DNA from: Candidatus Pacearchaeota archaeon
Lineage (GTDB): Archaea > Nanobdellota > Nanobdellia > Pacearchaeales > GW2011-AR1
NCBI GenBank assembly: GCA_018304325.1
Contig: JAGVWM010000011.1
Span: 1-42,893 of the forward strand
Length of the DNA stretch: 42,893 nt
Reading direction: 5' to 3'
Positions 1 to 8,508 of the stretch are shown here, in pieces. The position numbers and the translations under genes were made by a program. The notes under the pieces are model-generated. The model ran no database searches and had not been told where the DNA came from. It saw only the letters and a list, made by a program, of their open reading frames with translations. Each line of letters begins with the position of its first letter. Position 1 is the stretch's first letter.

Positions 1-648
1 GATGATATTAATATAATAATTGAAAAAGGGGATTTTGTTGCCATCATGGGTCCTTCTGGTTCTGGAAAAAGTACTGGAATGAACCTTACAGGTAGTTTAG
101 ATTTAGCAACTAAAGGAGATATATTTCTTGATGGAATAAATATAGAACAACTTTCTGAATCAGAACTAGCACAAATAAGAGGTCAAAAAATAGGTTTTAT
201 TTTTCAAAGTTTTAATTTAATACCTAATTTAACTGCTTTAGAAAATGTAACTTTGCCGATGATGTTTCAAGGAGTTGATAAAGAAAAAAGAATAAAAAAG
301 GCAGAAAAAGTTTTGGAAAAAGTTGGGTTAAAAGATAGAATGGATCACTATCCTAATCAGTTATCGGGTGGGCAGCAGCAAAGAGTTGCTATTGCAAGAG
401 CATTAGCAAATAATCCGGATATAATTCTTGCTGATGAACCAACTGGAAATCTTGATACAAAAACTGGAGAAATTGTTATTGAATTTTTACAAAAGTTAAA
501 CAAAGAAGGAAGAACAATAATAATTGTTACCCATGATCCTGAATTGGCAATGACACATGCTAAAACAGTTTACTGGTTAAAAGATGGTAAAATAGAAAAA
601 GTTACTAAAAAAGTTTCTGGTAAATGGAAAGTCATCAAACAAAAGTAA
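1..648 (+). CDS. ABC transporter ATP-binding subunit (MacB/LolD-like), 5' end cut by window edge
   Basis: Frame 1 is open from base 1 (DDINIIIEKGDFVAIMGPSGSGKST). Walker A GPSGSGKST, ABC signature LSGGQQQRV, Walker B IILADEPT and H-loop VTHD are all present. Confidence 0.93.
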   Translation, partial: DDINIIIEKGDFVAIMGPSGSGKSTGMNLTGSLDLATKGDIFLDGINIEQLSESELAQIRGQKIGFIFQSFNLIPNLTALENVTLPMMFQGVDKEKRIKKAEKVLEKVGLKDRMDHYPNQLSGGQQQRVAIARALANNPDIILADEPTGNLDTKTGEIVIEFLQKLNKEGRTIIIVTHDPELAMTHAKTVYWLKDGKIEKVTKKVSGKWKVIKQK

Positions 649-699
649 TAAAATTATCATTATAATAAAACTTATATAACTCTTATTTTTTGTTGGCCA

Positions 700-1542
700 A
701 TGATAAATAAATTAATTTCAACTATAGTTTTGTTATTAGTTTGTATGAGTTTAGCTTCTGCTATGGTAGTTAGCAATGTTAATCAGGGAAAAATTTTTCC
801 AGGGGAAGAAACAAATTTAGATCTCACAATTGAAAATACTATTAATGAAGATGCACAAGATGTATCATTAAATTTGTTATTTTCAAATCTTCCATTTATA
901 CCTACAAGTGGAAGTGAAAGAAGTGTAAATAAAATAAAGGAGGATAAAGAAAGAATTCTTAGTTTTGTTATCAAATCATCACAAGATATTGCTCCTGGAA
1001 ATTATAATATACCATATGAATTGAGTTATACTAATAGTAATGATGAAAAAATAGCTAAACAAGGTAGCATAGGAATAGTAGTTAATGCAGATACTGAACT
1101 AAAAATAAGCACAGAACTAGAAAATAATGTAATTGGACAAAAAGGTAAAATAACACTAAAAATAGTAAATTCTGGTTTTGGAGAAATAAAATTTGTAAAT
1201 GTTAAAATTTATCCAGATGGTTATGCATTATTATCTGGTTCAAGTGATTATATCGGGAATATAGGTAGTGATGATTTTGAAACATCTAGCTATGATGTTA
1301 TATTTAATGAAAATAAACCTAGACTAACTGGAATTATTGAATATAAAGATTTTAATAATAATGACAAAATTGAAAATATTAATATGCCTATAAAAGTATA
1401 TTCTAGAGAAGAGGCAATTAGCCTGGGTGTAATTCAAACTAGTAAAATTCCGTTGTATGTTGGGGTTGTAATTGTTTTAATTGTTTTAATTTTAATCTAT
1501 AGATTTATAAGAAAAAGGCTAAAGAAAAATAACAAGAAATAA
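700..1542 (+). CDS. Secreted/membrane-anchored protein of the ABC operon (N-terminal signal anchor, C-terminal TM helix plus basic tail)
   Basis: 280-aa ORF with hydrophobic N-terminus, beta-rich repetitive body, and C-terminal IPLYVGVVIVLIVLILIY followed by RFIRKRLKKNNKK. It sits between the ATPase and permease genes. No family was recognised with certainty. Confidence 0.6.
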   Translation: MINKLISTIVLLLVCMSLASAMVVSNVNQGKIFPGEETNLDLTIENTINEDAQDVSLNLLFSNLPFIPTSGSERSVNKIKEDKERILSFVIKSSQDIAPGNYNIPYELSYTNSNDEKIAKQGSIGIVVNADTELKISTELENNVIGQKGKITLKIVNSGFGEIKFVNVKIYPDGYALLSGSSDYIGNIGSDDFETSSYDVIFNENKPRLTGIIEYKDFNNNDKIENINMPIKVYSREEAISLGVIQTSKIPLYVGVVIVLIVLILIYRFIRKRLKKNNKK

Positions 1543-1574
1543 TTGCATAGAATTATAAATTATTAGCAATATAA

Positions 1575-2795
1575 ATGTCCATGATTAAAGATTACTTTAT
1601 TCTAGCTTTTGGAAATTTAAGACATAGAGGATTAAGAAGCTGGCTAACTATGCTTGGAATATTTATAGGGATAGCAGCTGTTGTTTCACTTATTTCTTTA
1701 GGAAGTGGTTTACAAGAGACTATAACTGGCCAGTTTTCATCATTATCTGTTGATGTTCTAACAATCCAGAATGCAGGAACAGGCTTTGGACCTCCAGGAA
1801 GCACATCTGTAAAAAAATTGACAGACCATGATGTAAATATTGTTGAATCTGTTAATGGAGTAAAACTTGTTGTTCCTAGATTAATTAGGGTTGTTAATGT
1901 TGATTATAATAAACAAAGGCAATTCAAATATATTGCAGATTTACCAGAAGAATCTGACAAAATGAAATTTGTTTATGATTCTTTAAATATTGGGGTAGAA
2001 GAAGGTAGGTTGCTAAATTCAAATGATGGGGGAAAAGTTATTCTGGGTAATGATTTTCTTAAAGATTCATTTGGCAAGCCAATAAGAGCAGGTACTACAA
2101 TAACAATAAATGGGAAAGAATTTGAAGTTATTGGAATTTTAGAAAAGGCAGGTACTTTCACAGTTAATAGCGCAATAATAATGTTAAATGATGACATGAA
2201 AGATCTTCTTAAAATAAATAATGAAGTTGATTTAATTGTTGCTCAAGTTGAGGATAAGAATAAAATAAGTGATGTTGCTGATGAAATAGAATTTAAGATA
2301 AGAAAAGATAGGCATGAAAAAATAGGTGAAGAAGATTTTAGTGTTCAAACTCCAATACAGAGTTTAGGTAGTATAAATAGTATTCTCACAATAGTTAATA
2401 TGATTGTAATTGGGATAGCAGCTGTTTCTTTATTAGTTGGAGGAATTGGAATTATGAATACTATGTATACTGGTGTTTTAGAGAGGACGAGAGAAATTGG
2501 AATTATGAAAGCAATTGGTGCTCAAAATAAAGATATACTTTCTATATTTTTAATTGAATCTGGATTATTAGGATTAGTTGGAGGAGTTATAGGTAGTTTA
2601 ATTGGTCTAGGATTAGCTTTTAGTGTTAGTAAAATTGCAGGTGGTTTTTTAGGAGGTAGTGGAATTAAAGTTACAATTTCATATCCATTATTATTTGGTG
2701 CAATTGCTTTTTCTCTAATTATTGGAATAGCGTCAGGATTATTACCTGCAATGCAAGCTAGCAAATTAAGGCCAGTGGAGGCTTTGAGAAGATGA
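1575..2795 (+). CDS. ABC transporter permease, FtsX/MacB family
   Basis: 406 aa. N-terminal TM (RSWLTMLGIFIGIAAVV), large extracytoplasmic domain, and C-terminal FtsX-type 3-TM bundle (ERTREIGIMKAIGA...). Its stop overlaps the next start (ATGA). Confidence 0.9.
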   Translation: MSMIKDYFILAFGNLRHRGLRSWLTMLGIFIGIAAVVSLISLGSGLQETITGQFSSLSVDVLTIQNAGTGFGPPGSTSVKKLTDHDVNIVESVNGVKLVVPRLIRVVNVDYNKQRQFKYIADLPEESDKMKFVYDSLNIGVEEGRLLNSNDGGKVILGNDFLKDSFGKPIRAGTTITINGKEFEVIGILEKAGTFTVNSAIIMLNDDMKDLLKINNEVDLIVAQVEDKNKISDVADEIEFKIRKDRHEKIGEEDFSVQTPIQSLGSINSILTIVNMIVIGIAAVSLLVGGIGIMNTMYTGVLERTREIGIMKAIGAQNKDILSIFLIESGLLGLVGGVIGSLIGLGLAFSVSKIAGGFLGGSGIKVTISYPLLFGAIAFSLIIGIASGLLPAMQASKLRPVEALRR

Positions 2796-4003
2796 TTCAA
2801 GATTCATTTAATTTAGCTTTGAAAAATTTGAGGAAAAGAAGATTAAGAAGCTGGCTAACTATGGTTGGAATAATTATTTCTGTTGCAATTATTTTTATTT
2901 TGATAAGTTTATCTATAGGTTTACAAAACGCAGTAACAGAACAGTTTGAAATACTTGGAGGAGACAAATTTTTTATTCAACCTAAAGGACAACTAGGACC
3001 TCCACAAGCAGGAGCTTCAGTTCAATTAACTAAAGATGATCTGAAAATAGTTGAAAGAACATCTGGAGTAAAAGAAGCCACTTATATCACTATTGGAAAT
3101 GGTGAAATTGAATTTAACAAAGAAAAAAGATTTTTTATTGTAGCTGGAATTCCTCCTGATGGTATGAAACTTTATACTTCTTCAGGATCTTTAGAAGTTG
3201 AAGAAGGTAAAAACATAGGAAAGGGAGATATTGGTAAAATTGTTATTGGTAACCACTATAAAACAAAAAATATATTCAGCAAACCAGTAAAAGCTGGAGA
3301 TAAATTCTTAATAAATGGAAAAGAATTTGAAGTTCAGGGTATATTTGCACTTATTGGTAATCCTGATGATGACAGAAACATAATAATGCTATCTGATGAT
3401 TTTGAAGAATTATTTGGGTCTGGAGATAGGGTAGATACAATTGTTGTTCAAATAAATGATGGTGAAAATATAAATGATATTGCAAATAGTGTTGAAAGAA
3501 AATTACAAAGATTTAGAAATGTAGATGATAAAACTCAAGATTTTACTATTTTAACTCCTGAAGAATTATTAGCAACATTTCAAACAGTTCTTTCAGTAAT
3601 AACTTTATTTTTATTTGGGGTTGCTGCTATTTCTCTTATTGTTGGGGCAATTAATATTACAAATACTATGTATACAAGTGTTTTAGAAAGATATAAAGAA
3701 ATCGGAATTATGAAAGCGATTGGTGCTCAAAATAAAGATATACTTTCTATATTTTTAATTGAATCTGGATTATTAGGATTAGTTGGAGGAGTTATGGGGG
3801 TTATCTTTGGTTTTGGAGTTTCAAAATTAATAGAATATATTGCTGTTCAACAATTAGGAACTAAATTATTACAGGCAGCTGCTCCTTTATATTTAATAAT
3901 TGGATGTTTAGCATTTGCATTCTTAACAGGAGCTATATCTGGGCTGTGGCCTGCATGGAATGCATCTAAGGTTAGTGCTGTTGATGCTATACGGTATGAA
4001 TAA
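2792..4003 (+). CDS. ABC transporter permease, FtsX/MacB family (tandem paralogue)
   Basis: 403 aa with the same architecture as the preceding gene (RSWLTMVGIIIS..., ERYKEIGIMKAIGAQNKDILSIFLIESGLLGLVGGV). Confidence 0.9.
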   Translation: MIQDSFNLALKNLRKRRLRSWLTMVGIIISVAIIFILISLSIGLQNAVTEQFEILGGDKFFIQPKGQLGPPQAGASVQLTKDDLKIVERTSGVKEATYITIGNGEIEFNKEKRFFIVAGIPPDGMKLYTSSGSLEVEEGKNIGKGDIGKIVIGNHYKTKNIFSKPVKAGDKFLINGKEFEVQGIFALIGNPDDDRNIIMLSDDFEELFGSGDRVDTIVVQINDGENINDIANSVERKLQRFRNVDDKTQDFTILTPEELLATFQTVLSVITLFLFGVAAISLIVGAINITNTMYTSVLERYKEIGIMKAIGAQNKDILSIFLIESGLLGLVGGVMGVIFGFGVSKLIEYIAVQQLGTKLLQAAAPLYLIIGCLAFAFLTGAISGLWPAWNASKVSAVDAIRYE

Positions 4004-4315
4004 TTAAGGACAAGCTCTTCCTAATAAACAATGAGTCAAAATGTACAATCCATAAGTCAATATTGTAACAATAATGCTAGAAATAATTACAAATAATATT
4101 TTATTCCATTTATTCCATTTAAGGAAATTTGATATGCCTGTAAATAAAATTACTGAGCCAATTAATGGTATAATTCCTGGAATTATAAGCAAAAAATCTT
4201 TATCATCAAAGATACTTTCAATAGATGATTGCTCCAAAATAAGTATGGCTATTATCCATATAAATAAAATTAATAATCCTGAGATTATTAGATAAGTATT
4301 AACATTCTTACTCAT
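4004..4315 (-). CDS. Small integral membrane protein (3 predicted TM helices)
   Basis: 103-aa ORF, strongly hydrophobic, convergent with and abutting the permease stop. The + strand ORF 4074-4295 looks like its shadow. Confidence 0.5.
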   Translation of the reverse strand: MSKNVNTYLIISGLLILFIWIIAILILEQSSIESIFDDKDFLLIIPGIIPLIGSVILFTGISNFLKWNKWNKILFVIISSIIVTILTYGLYILTHCLLGRACP

Positions 4316-4345
4316 TTATAAAAAAACCTAAATGAATATATAAAT

Positions 4346-4531
4346 TTATCTTACTACCATTCTACCAGAATAAACATCTCTTAAAATAACTCCTGAATCA
4401 AGAGTACCTTCAAAATCATGTCTATGTTTTCTTGCATTATCTATTGCATCAAGATAAGCACTTCTTGGAATTTCACTAGCTATTCTCCATATTTCTTCTA
4501 CATTACCATCTCTATAAAATTTATCTGACAT
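4346..4531 (-). CDS. Hypothetical small protein
   Basis: 61-aa ORF with balanced composition (MSDKFYRDGNVEEIWRIASEIPRSAYLDAIDNARKH...). No motif recognised. Confidence 0.4.
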   Translation of the reverse strand: MSDKFYRDGNVEEIWRIASEIPRSAYLDAIDNARKHRHDFEGTLDSGVILRDVYSGRMVVR

Positions 4532-4803
4532 TTTAAATTAATTAATAATCGGATGAACGGAAAGGATAATATCCACTATAATACCTATGAAACTCCTTAT
4601 ATTTTGTTGCCATTTCAAAAAATGGGCATTTAGGTAAGGAATCAAGAGCTTCTTTTATTTTTCAATGTTGTTCTGCTCTTGTTTTTAATCTTTCCTCCAA
4701 ATTATTATCTGATGGGATTATCTCTTCAGGCATTTAATATTAACAAATTATTATAAATAAGTTTAAAAACTAGATTGGGTAATTAAATAATAAAAGAGGA
4801 AAA

Positions 4804-4956
4804 GTGGCGAAAAAGTGTATATACTGCCGGAATGAAATTTCAGATGATTCTGTAATAGACTTCTGCGACTCTTGTGGAGTTGGAGTTTGGGGTCATAAAA
4901 TGTTTAAGACCATTGTTAAAAACATGGAACAGGCACGAGATAGAGGAGATATCTAA
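4804..4956 (+). CDS. Small zinc-ribbon protein (50 aa, GTG start), absent from the ORF track
   Basis: My translation is VAKKCIYCRNEISDDSVIDFCDSCGVGVWGHKMFKTIVKNMEQARDRGDI*. It has CxxC...CxxC pairs and a GAGGA purine run just upstream. Confidence 0.4.
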   Translation: MAKKCIYCRNEISDDSVIDFCDSCGVGVWGHKMFKTIVKNMEQARDRGDI

Positions 4957-4987
4957 ACTTCTCACTTTTCTAGCATTGAAAAGATAT

Positions 4988-5004
4988 AAAAAGGCTTTTA
5001 AACG
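4988..5004 (+). promoter_or_regulatory. BRE/TATA-like promoter element upstream of L21e operon
   Basis: AAAAAGGCTTTTAAACG lies about 25-40 nt upstream of the ATG. The same RAAAG-N-TTTAAAWA pattern recurs before many genes here (10394, 15068, 17744, 25898, 35995, 37504). Confidence 0.45.
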
Positions 5005-5028
5005 ACTTATTTTTAGATAAATTGTAAT

Positions 5029-5283
5029 ATGGCAAGCAAAAAGAAACCTGTACGTCAGAGAGGTAAGATTAAATTTAGTGAATACTTTAAAGAGCTAAGT
5101 AAAGGAGATAAAGTGGCAATTAAGAAAGAACAGTCAGTGCCATCAAATTTCCATAAAAGAGTGCATGGAAGAACTGGTGAAATTGTTGATAAAAGAGGAT
5201 CAAGTTATGTTATAAAAATAAAAGAATTTAACAAAGAAAAGACATTTATAGTTCATCCTGTTCACTTAAAGAAGATAAAATGA
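5029..5283 (+). CDS. rpl21e: 50S ribosomal protein L21e
   Basis: 84 aa. The ...FKELSKGDKVAIKKEQSV....FHKRVHGRTGEIVDKRGSSYVIKI....KEKTFIVHPVHLK pattern is typical of eL21. It is followed by rpoF and DUF655, as in most archaea. Confidence 0.85.
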   Translation: MASKKKPVRQRGKIKFSEYFKELSKGDKVAIKKEQSVPSNFHKRVHGRTGEIVDKRGSSYVIKIKEFNKEKTFIVHPVHLKKIK

Positions 5284-5582
5284 TAAAAGAAATGAAAGCA
5301 CTAACATTAGTAGAAGCACAACAACTAGTGAAAGCTAATGATGGAAGTAAAGAAATAGAGCCGTATTTTGGAAAGTTTATAAAACTAAAAGTAAAAGAAG
5401 TGGGTGAGTTAAAGAAAGAGTTAGAAGGTCTAGAAAACCATAAAATTAAACCAGAGGATATTATAAAAATAATTGACATCCTTCCTGAAGATGCTTCTGA
5501 CTTAAACAAAATATTTTCAGATATAAGCTTAGATGAAAATGAAATTAAACAAATTGCTGATATTGTCGCAAAGTATAAGTGA
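5280..5582 (+). CDS. rpoF: DNA-directed RNA polymerase subunit F (Rpo4/Rpb4 homologue)
   Basis: 100 aa. The C-terminal KIIDILPEDASDLNKIF matches the conserved (V/I)DILPED motif of archaeal RpoF. It has an ATGA overlap with L21e and sits in the canonical L21e-RpoF-DUF655 position. Confidence 0.8.
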   Translation: MIKEMKALTLVEAQQLVKANDGSKEIEPYFGKFIKLKVKEVGELKKELEGLENHKIKPEDIIKIIDILPEDASDLNKIFSDISLDENEIKQIADIVAKYK

Positions 5583-5584
5583 AA

Positions 5585-6124
5585 ATGGCAAGCAAAGAAG
5601 AATATGCAATAATACTAGACTATCTTCCATACGGATATCCTTTGGAAGGAAAAATGATGCCTTTAGCTCAGGCTATAGGAGAAACTAACTTTACACTATT
5701 ACAACTTATTCCTAGAAAAGGTACAACTCTTCAGATAATGGAAAAAGTTTATATAGGTGAAGGTAAGAGAGATAAAATATACTACATTTTCGGCAGGCTG
5801 CCTGCAGATAAATTAACTGAAAATGCAAAATCCCAGTTGAATGAGTTTATAGAAAATGTTGTTACAGGGAGAGAAAAAGAATTTGTTGAATTCTTTAATA
5901 ACTCAACAGCAATAAATACTAGAATGCACCAAATAGAACTACTACCAGGATATGGGAAGAAACATATGAGAGAGATACTTGGAGCAAGAGAGAAAAAGAA
6001 ATTCGAATCATTTGAAGAAATGAAAGAAAGAATAACAAGTTTACCAGATCCTAAAAGTGCAATAGTAAAAAGAATAATTGAAGAAATAACTGGAAAGGAG
6101 AGAAATAAACTTTTTGTAATTTAA
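5585..6124 (+). CDS. DUF655/COG1491 predicted RNA-binding protein
   Basis: The N-terminal EEYAIILDYLPYGYP motif and a C-terminal HhH-like region are typical of DUF655. The ATG at 5585 is preferred over the GTG at 5579 used in the ORF track. Confidence 0.8.
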   Translation: MASKEEYAIILDYLPYGYPLEGKMMPLAQAIGETNFTLLQLIPRKGTTLQIMEKVYIGEGKRDKIYYIFGRLPADKLTENAKSQLNEFIENVVTGREKEFVEFFNNSTAINTRMHQIELLPGYGKKHMREILGAREKKKFESFEEMKERITSLPDPKSAIVKRIIEEITGKERNKLFVI

Positions 6125-6610
6125 ATGGAAAATAAAACAGAACAGATGGAAAAAAAGCCCATGAGGAAAGAAGATAAGACTGAAACTATAGTTAGAATAC
6201 TTCAAACAGATATACCTGGTAAAAGAAATGTTTATGCAGGTTTAACAAAAATAAAGGGAGTTTCATTTTCAATGTCAAATACAATATGTTATAAACTGAA
6301 AATAGATAAAAGAAAGAGGATACAAGATCTTGATGTAAAAGAGTTAGGTATGATATCAGAGATTGTTAAGAATCCTCAAGTACCTAAGTTTATGATGAAT
6401 AGAAGACTAGACATAGATACTGGGGCTGATAAACATCTTATAACAACTGAACTTGATTTGAGGAAGGAGTTTGATATTAAAAGACTTAAAAAGATAAGAT
6501 CTTACAGAGGTTCAAGACATGCTTTAGGTCAGCCTACAAGGGGGCAGAGAACAAAAAGCCACTTTAGAAAAGGTGGGAAAAATAAAGTAGTTGGAGTTAG
6601 GAAAAAATGA
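6125..6610 (+). CDS. rps13: 30S ribosomal protein S13 (uS13)
   Basis: IVRILQTDIPGKRNVYAGLTKIKGV...RSYRGSRHALGQPTRGQRTKS. It has about 20 extra N-terminal residues, so the true start could be an internal Met. Confidence 0.9.
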   Translation: MENKTEQMEKKPMRKEDKTETIVRILQTDIPGKRNVYAGLTKIKGVSFSMSNTICYKLKIDKRKRIQDLDVKELGMISEIVKNPQVPKFMMNRRLDIDTGADKHLITTELDLRKEFDIKRLKKIRSYRGSRHALGQPTRGQRTKSHFRKGGKNKVVGVRKK

Positions 6611-7098
6611 TAAGAAAACATAAGTTATTTAGCAGACCAAGAAAAGCTTTTGACTCTCAAAGGATTAAAGAAGAAAATGTCATTGTAGCAAGATATGGAT
6701 TAAAAAATAAAGAAGAAATTTGGAGAGCAAAAGAAAAATTAAAAATTATAAGAGATGCTGCTAAAAAAATGATACATAGTTCTGAAGAAAATAAGGCTGA
6801 TTTTGTTTCGAAGCTTAATAATATGGGATATAAGGTAAAAAATTCTGTTGAAGTTTTATCTTTAACAGAAGAAGATATCTTAAGAAGAAGACTTCAAACA
6901 ATAATAATAAAAAGGGGTTTGGCAACAACTCCTAACGGAGCTAGACAATTAATAACTCATAAAAAAATCGCAGTAGGTAATCAAATAATAAATATTCCTT
7001 CTTATCATGTTAATGTGACTGAAGAAAGTAATATTACTGTTTTAAAAAATGCTAAAAAACTTGTAGCTAAAGTTGAAGTTATGGAGGTAAGTGAATAA
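6607..7098 (+). CDS. rps4: 30S ribosomal protein S4 (uS4)
   Basis: YGLKNKEEIWRAKEKL...LRRRLQTIIIKRGLATTPNGARQLITHKKIAVGNQIINIPSYHV (S4 RNA-binding domain). ATGA overlap with S13. Confidence 0.9.
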   Translation: MIRKHKLFSRPRKAFDSQRIKEENVIVARYGLKNKEEIWRAKEKLKIIRDAAKKMIHSSEENKADFVSKLNNMGYKVKNSVEVLSLTEEDILRRRLQTIIIKRGLATTPNGARQLITHKKIAVGNQIINIPSYHVNVTEESNITVLKNAKKLVAKVEVMEVSE

Positions 7099-7487
7099 TG
7101 GCTAAAGATCAAAAAGAAGATGCTGCGATAGCCTACATTTATGCTTCTTTTAATAATACTATAGTGCATATAACTGATTTATCTGGAAATACAATCTCTA
7201 GAATTTCAGGTGGGATGGTTACAAAGCAAGATCGTCTTAAAGCAAATCCAACAACTGCAATGTTTATCACTAAAAAAATAGAAGAAGAAATTAAAGAGCA
7301 TGGTATAAATAATCTTTATATTAGGATGAGAGGCCAAACAGGTGGTCAAGGAGTTGGTCCTGGAGCAAACACTGTTGTGAAAACTCTTTCAAAAGATGGA
7401 TTTAATATAATTAGTATTAGTGATGTTACTCGAGTTCCTAGAGGTGGACCAAAGAAAGCTGGAGGAAGGAGAGGAAGGAGAGTATAA
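7098..7487 (+). CDS. rps11: 30S ribosomal protein S11 (uS11)
   Basis: AYIYASFNNTIVHITDLSGNTI...GGMVTK...DVTRVPRGGPKKAGGRRGRRV. Confidence 0.93.
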   Translation: MAKDQKEDAAIAYIYASFNNTIVHITDLSGNTISRISGGMVTKQDRLKANPTTAMFITKKIEEEIKEHGINNLYIRMRGQTGGQGVGPGANTVVKTLSKDGFNIISISDVTRVPRGGPKKAGGRRGRRV

Positions 7488-7520
7488 TAAACCTTTTAGA
7501 AAAAGGTTTCCAAAACGAAC
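7487..7520. repeat. Palindromic intergenic element, copy 1 (ATAAACCTTTTAGAAAAAGGTTTCCAAAACGAAC)
   Basis: Contains the 8-bp inverted repeat AACCTTTT/AAAAGGTT. It is near-identical to 8391-8423, with a partial third copy at 8476-8497. Confidence 0.8.
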
Positions 7521-7557
7521 GGTAAACCTTTAAAAGTTAAACAAAATTAAGTATAAA

Positions 7558-8301
7558 ATGAAAATAGTAGAAAAAAAGGATAATAGAATAGGAATTTTAA
7601 TAGATGGTAATGAAAGTTTAGCTAATGCTTTGAGAAGAAGTATTAATGAAATCCCAAATGTTGCAATTGATGAAATAGAATTTTACAAAAATGATTCTGC
7701 ATTATATGATGAAATAATTGCTCATAGACTTGGATTAATCCCAATAATAAGCAACAGAAAATTAGATGAAGTTAAATCTGATAGTAAAACTAGCATGAAA
7801 TCTGAAATAAAACTATCTTTGAAAGCAACAGGGCCATGTACTGTTTATGCTAAAGAACTTAAAGGTGATGGTAAAGCAGTACACCCAGACACACCAATTG
7901 TTAAACTTGATAAAGATCAAGAAATAGAACTTGTAGCTTATGTGCGTTTAGGGAAAGGAAAAGAACATGCGAAATTTGCTCCTGGATATGCTTATTATAG
8001 AAATACTACTAATGTTAAAATAAAAGATGCTCAGAAAGCACAGAGTTTAATTGAGAAGATGAAAAGTTTTTTAATTACTCAACCTAAGAATATAAAGGCT
8101 GGAGAAACATTCACTTCATTTCATGATGAAGATTATATTGAATCATTTGACAAAGAAAATAAAATATTTGAAGCTGCCCAAGGAGATGACATAGTTTTTT
8201 TTGTTGAATCTTGGGGACAAATGAAACCTAGTGATATTCTCCAAGAAGCTGTAAAGGCATTTGACCGAAACCTTAAAGAAGTGTTAAAAGCACTGAAATA
8301 A
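7558..8301 (+). CDS. rpoD: DNA-directed RNA polymerase subunit D (Rpo3)
   Basis: LANALRRSINEIPNVAIDEIEFYKNDSALYDEIIAHRLGLIP is the hallmark RpoD/Rpb3 N-terminal motif. The gene sits in its canonical position after S11. Only one Cys is present, so there is no Fe-S cluster domain. Confidence 0.87.
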   Translation: MKIVEKKDNRIGILIDGNESLANALRRSINEIPNVAIDEIEFYKNDSALYDEIIAHRLGLIPIISNRKLDEVKSDSKTSMKSEIKLSLKATGPCTVYAKELKGDGKAVHPDTPIVKLDKDQEIELVAYVRLGKGKEHAKFAPGYAYYRNTTNVKIKDAQKAQSLIEKMKSFLITQPKNIKAGETFTSFHDEDYIESFDKENKIFEAAQGDDIVFFVESWGQMKPSDILQEAVKAFDRNLKEVLKALK

Positions 8302-8305
8302 ATCA

Positions 8306-8389
8306 GCGGGAGTGCCAGAGTGGTCAAATGGGTCACGTTAAGGCCGTGATGGCTTAGTGCCTGCGAAGGTTCAAATCCTTTCTCCCGCA
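8306..8389 (+). tRNA. tRNA-Leu (class II, long variable arm). The anticodon loop reads UUAAGGC, giving apparent anticodon AAG. No encoded CCA.
   Basis: Hand fold: acceptor GCGGGAG/CTCCCGC; D-arm CCA(G)..(A)TGG with GG in the loop; anticodon stem TCACG/CGTGA; variable arm GGC-TTAGT-GCC; T-arm GAAGG-TTCAAAT-CCTTT; discriminator A. A tRNA-Leu between rpoD and L18e is a known archaeal arrangement. Confidence 0.85.
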
Positions 8390-8390
8390 C

Positions 8391-8423
8391 ATAAACCTTT
8401 TAGAAAAAGGTTTCAAAATGAAC
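8391..8423. repeat. Palindromic intergenic element, copy 2 (ATAAACCTTTTAGAAAAAGGTTTCAAAATGAAC)
   Basis: Matches 7487-7520 at all but about 2 positions. It lies immediately 3' of the tRNA. Confidence 0.8.
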
Positions 8424-8426
8424 CCA

Positions 8427-8472
8427 CTAAAGTTCATAAGAACTTAGTGCGCAAAGAATCTTTTGATTCTTC
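8427..8472. repeat. Twin-hairpin element, copy in reverse orientation (AAGTTC-ATAA-GAACTT / AGTGCGC / AAGAATC-TTTT-GATTCTT)
   Basis: Two adjacent stem-loops are separated by a GTGCGC spacer. The architecture matches 10929-10977 and 39364-39410. Confidence 0.7.
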
Positions 8473-8508
8473 TGGTTTAGAAAAGGTTCACAAAAAGACG
8501 AAGAAAAA

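Noticed and set aside
4541-4733. A minus-strand ORF, MPEEIIPSDNNLEERLKTRAEQH-TGA-KIKEALDSLPKCPFLKWQQNIRSFIGIIVDIILSVHPIIN, reads through an in-frame TGA. This suggested stop-codon recoding (TGA as Trp/Gly or selenocysteine).
   Set aside because: TGA clearly functions as a stop in neighbouring well-supported genes (L21e, RpoF, S13, permease 1), often in ATGA overlaps. One interrupted small ORF of unknown family is more simply a pseudogene or chance. No SECIS-like structure was evident.
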